Positions 63,001 through 64,000 of a stretch of 64,000 nt of DNA are shown here, one piece after another. Position numbers and translations under genes: made by a program. The notes beneath the pieces were generated by a model. It was not told the DNA's origin. It worked only from the letters and a program-made list of their open reading frames with translations, and searched no databases. This DNA is from Tubiluchus corallicola. Lineage: Eukaryota > Animalia > Priapulida. Position 1 is the stretch's first letter, and every line of letters begins with the position of its first letter. Location of the stretch: the NCBI GenBank assembly GCA_030141605.1, contig JAQGDQ010000022.1, forward strand, positions 1,195,832 through 1,259,831. Reading direction: 5' to 3'.

Positions 63001-63681
63001 TGTTCTAGTACCTGGAGCTCTGGCATTGGAAGTCATGAGTGCTTTTATATATGGATACATGTTTTAGCCGAATTATTAAGGTTAGATATATTTTGTTTAG
63101 TGTTTTTGCAATGTCATTTTAATCCAAATCTGATTTTTATGATTCTTTTTTCAGCACTGCTAGGCAGCAATTTGAGAAGTACGCTGCTCCGCTGTTGCAT
63201 TTGGCTGGACTTCAAGTGTCCGTTGTAAAGGTACAAGAACAATATAGTAACAATCAGTCTATAGCAGTTAAGCAGTCAAAACTCGACATTTAACAATTAT
63301 AAACTGTAAGTTTGGTAATGATGCTTGCTGCGAGATTAATTAATTTCACTCATAATTATGCTTACAGTTAGAGTAGATAAAACTTTGCTGATTGCATCGT
63401 ATTCACTAGTTTGTAATAACATCACATTTAGCAAAAATCGCTCAGCTTAATTGGTAAACTGAACTAACATTTAGAGTTTATTATACATTAATAATGATTG
63501 CTAAATTTCATAAAAGTTTGTATTGTTTACATTTTTTATGCCTTGATTGGTATATTTTGAAATGTTTAATGCAAATTGTTTTTTGCAGACGGAGCATGAA
63601 GGTCAGTTGAAACAGCTCATGGAAATTATTGATAAGACTGATGCTGTTCTTATAGGTGGAGGAGATGGATCATTACAGGAG
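60095..63681 (+). CDS. AGK: Acylglycerol kinase, mitochondrial; first five coding exons (continues beyond right edge)
   Basis: Exons 60095-60195, 61977-62016, 62666-62745, 63155-63230, 63589-63681. MSAASISILKHWKKITFG..., YCEIAKVYG, HVTVFLNPAA, FEKYAAPLLHLAGL, TEHEGQ, GGGDGSLQE; phases consistent. Confidence 0.94.
60540..61180 (+). mobile_element. Decayed non-LTR retrotransposon C-terminal fragment with Cys-knuckle relic, in AGK intron 1
   Basis: WSMLAETGSWPL..HSLMKSDESRLAKQII..KKSEWK..KLNMM..LCP*CRKQEDTTEY with stops and frameshifts. Confidence 0.6.
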
Positions 63682-64000
63682 GTACGTGTAATAGTTGGAC
63701 CATTACTAGAGATAGTAGGGGATGTAGTTGATTAGTGTAGAGGTGTGTGGAGCATTTAGGTTTTTATTGGAGGAAATGACAATTTCTTTTTAAAGTAATA
63801 TTATTATTATTAAAGATGGTAAAGGTAAAGGTTGCTGGTTACTTGTGGTAATTACACATTACTATTTATTGTGTCAGAGTATCAATAGTAGGTAATCTGA
63901 CATTAAGTGCTGGTTTCCCACTTGAAGTGTGCTAAAGAGTATAAAAATAATCACTCGATTAATGACAAAAAAATCTAGAAGAGAAATGTACAAGTTGTTT

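Overview
AT-rich, intron-rich animal genomic DNA, most likely an invertebrate bilaterian. It is not prokaryotic, and I saw no CRISPR array, rRNA or tRNA. Six spliced protein-coding genes can be reconstructed by hand with GT-AG introns and consistent phases: the 5' end of UBR5 (-, runs off the left edge), complete PNP (+, 6 exons, 292 aa), complete Rab2 (-, 8 exons, 212 aa), complete RPRD1A/B (-, 7 exons, 331 aa), a complete 15-exon AAAP/SLC36-AVT3-like amino acid transporter (-, 485 aa), and the 5' end of AGK (+, runs off the right edge). Introns and intergenic DNA carry decayed CR1/L2 LINE fragments, hAT- and pogo/Tigger-type MITEs, a hAT transposase relic, Helentron/DINE-1-like elements and microsatellites. 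I found no clearly new biological system. The best leads are regulatory or evolutionary: a CpG-retaining, E-box-rich PNP domain with a candidate alternative in-frame N-terminal exon, a CpG-retaining patch in Rab2 intron 6 with candidate alternative or poison exons, a transposon-delivered CTCF/E-box module, and ancient synteny matching the human 8q/14q11/20q paralogon. All counts and coordinates are by eye.
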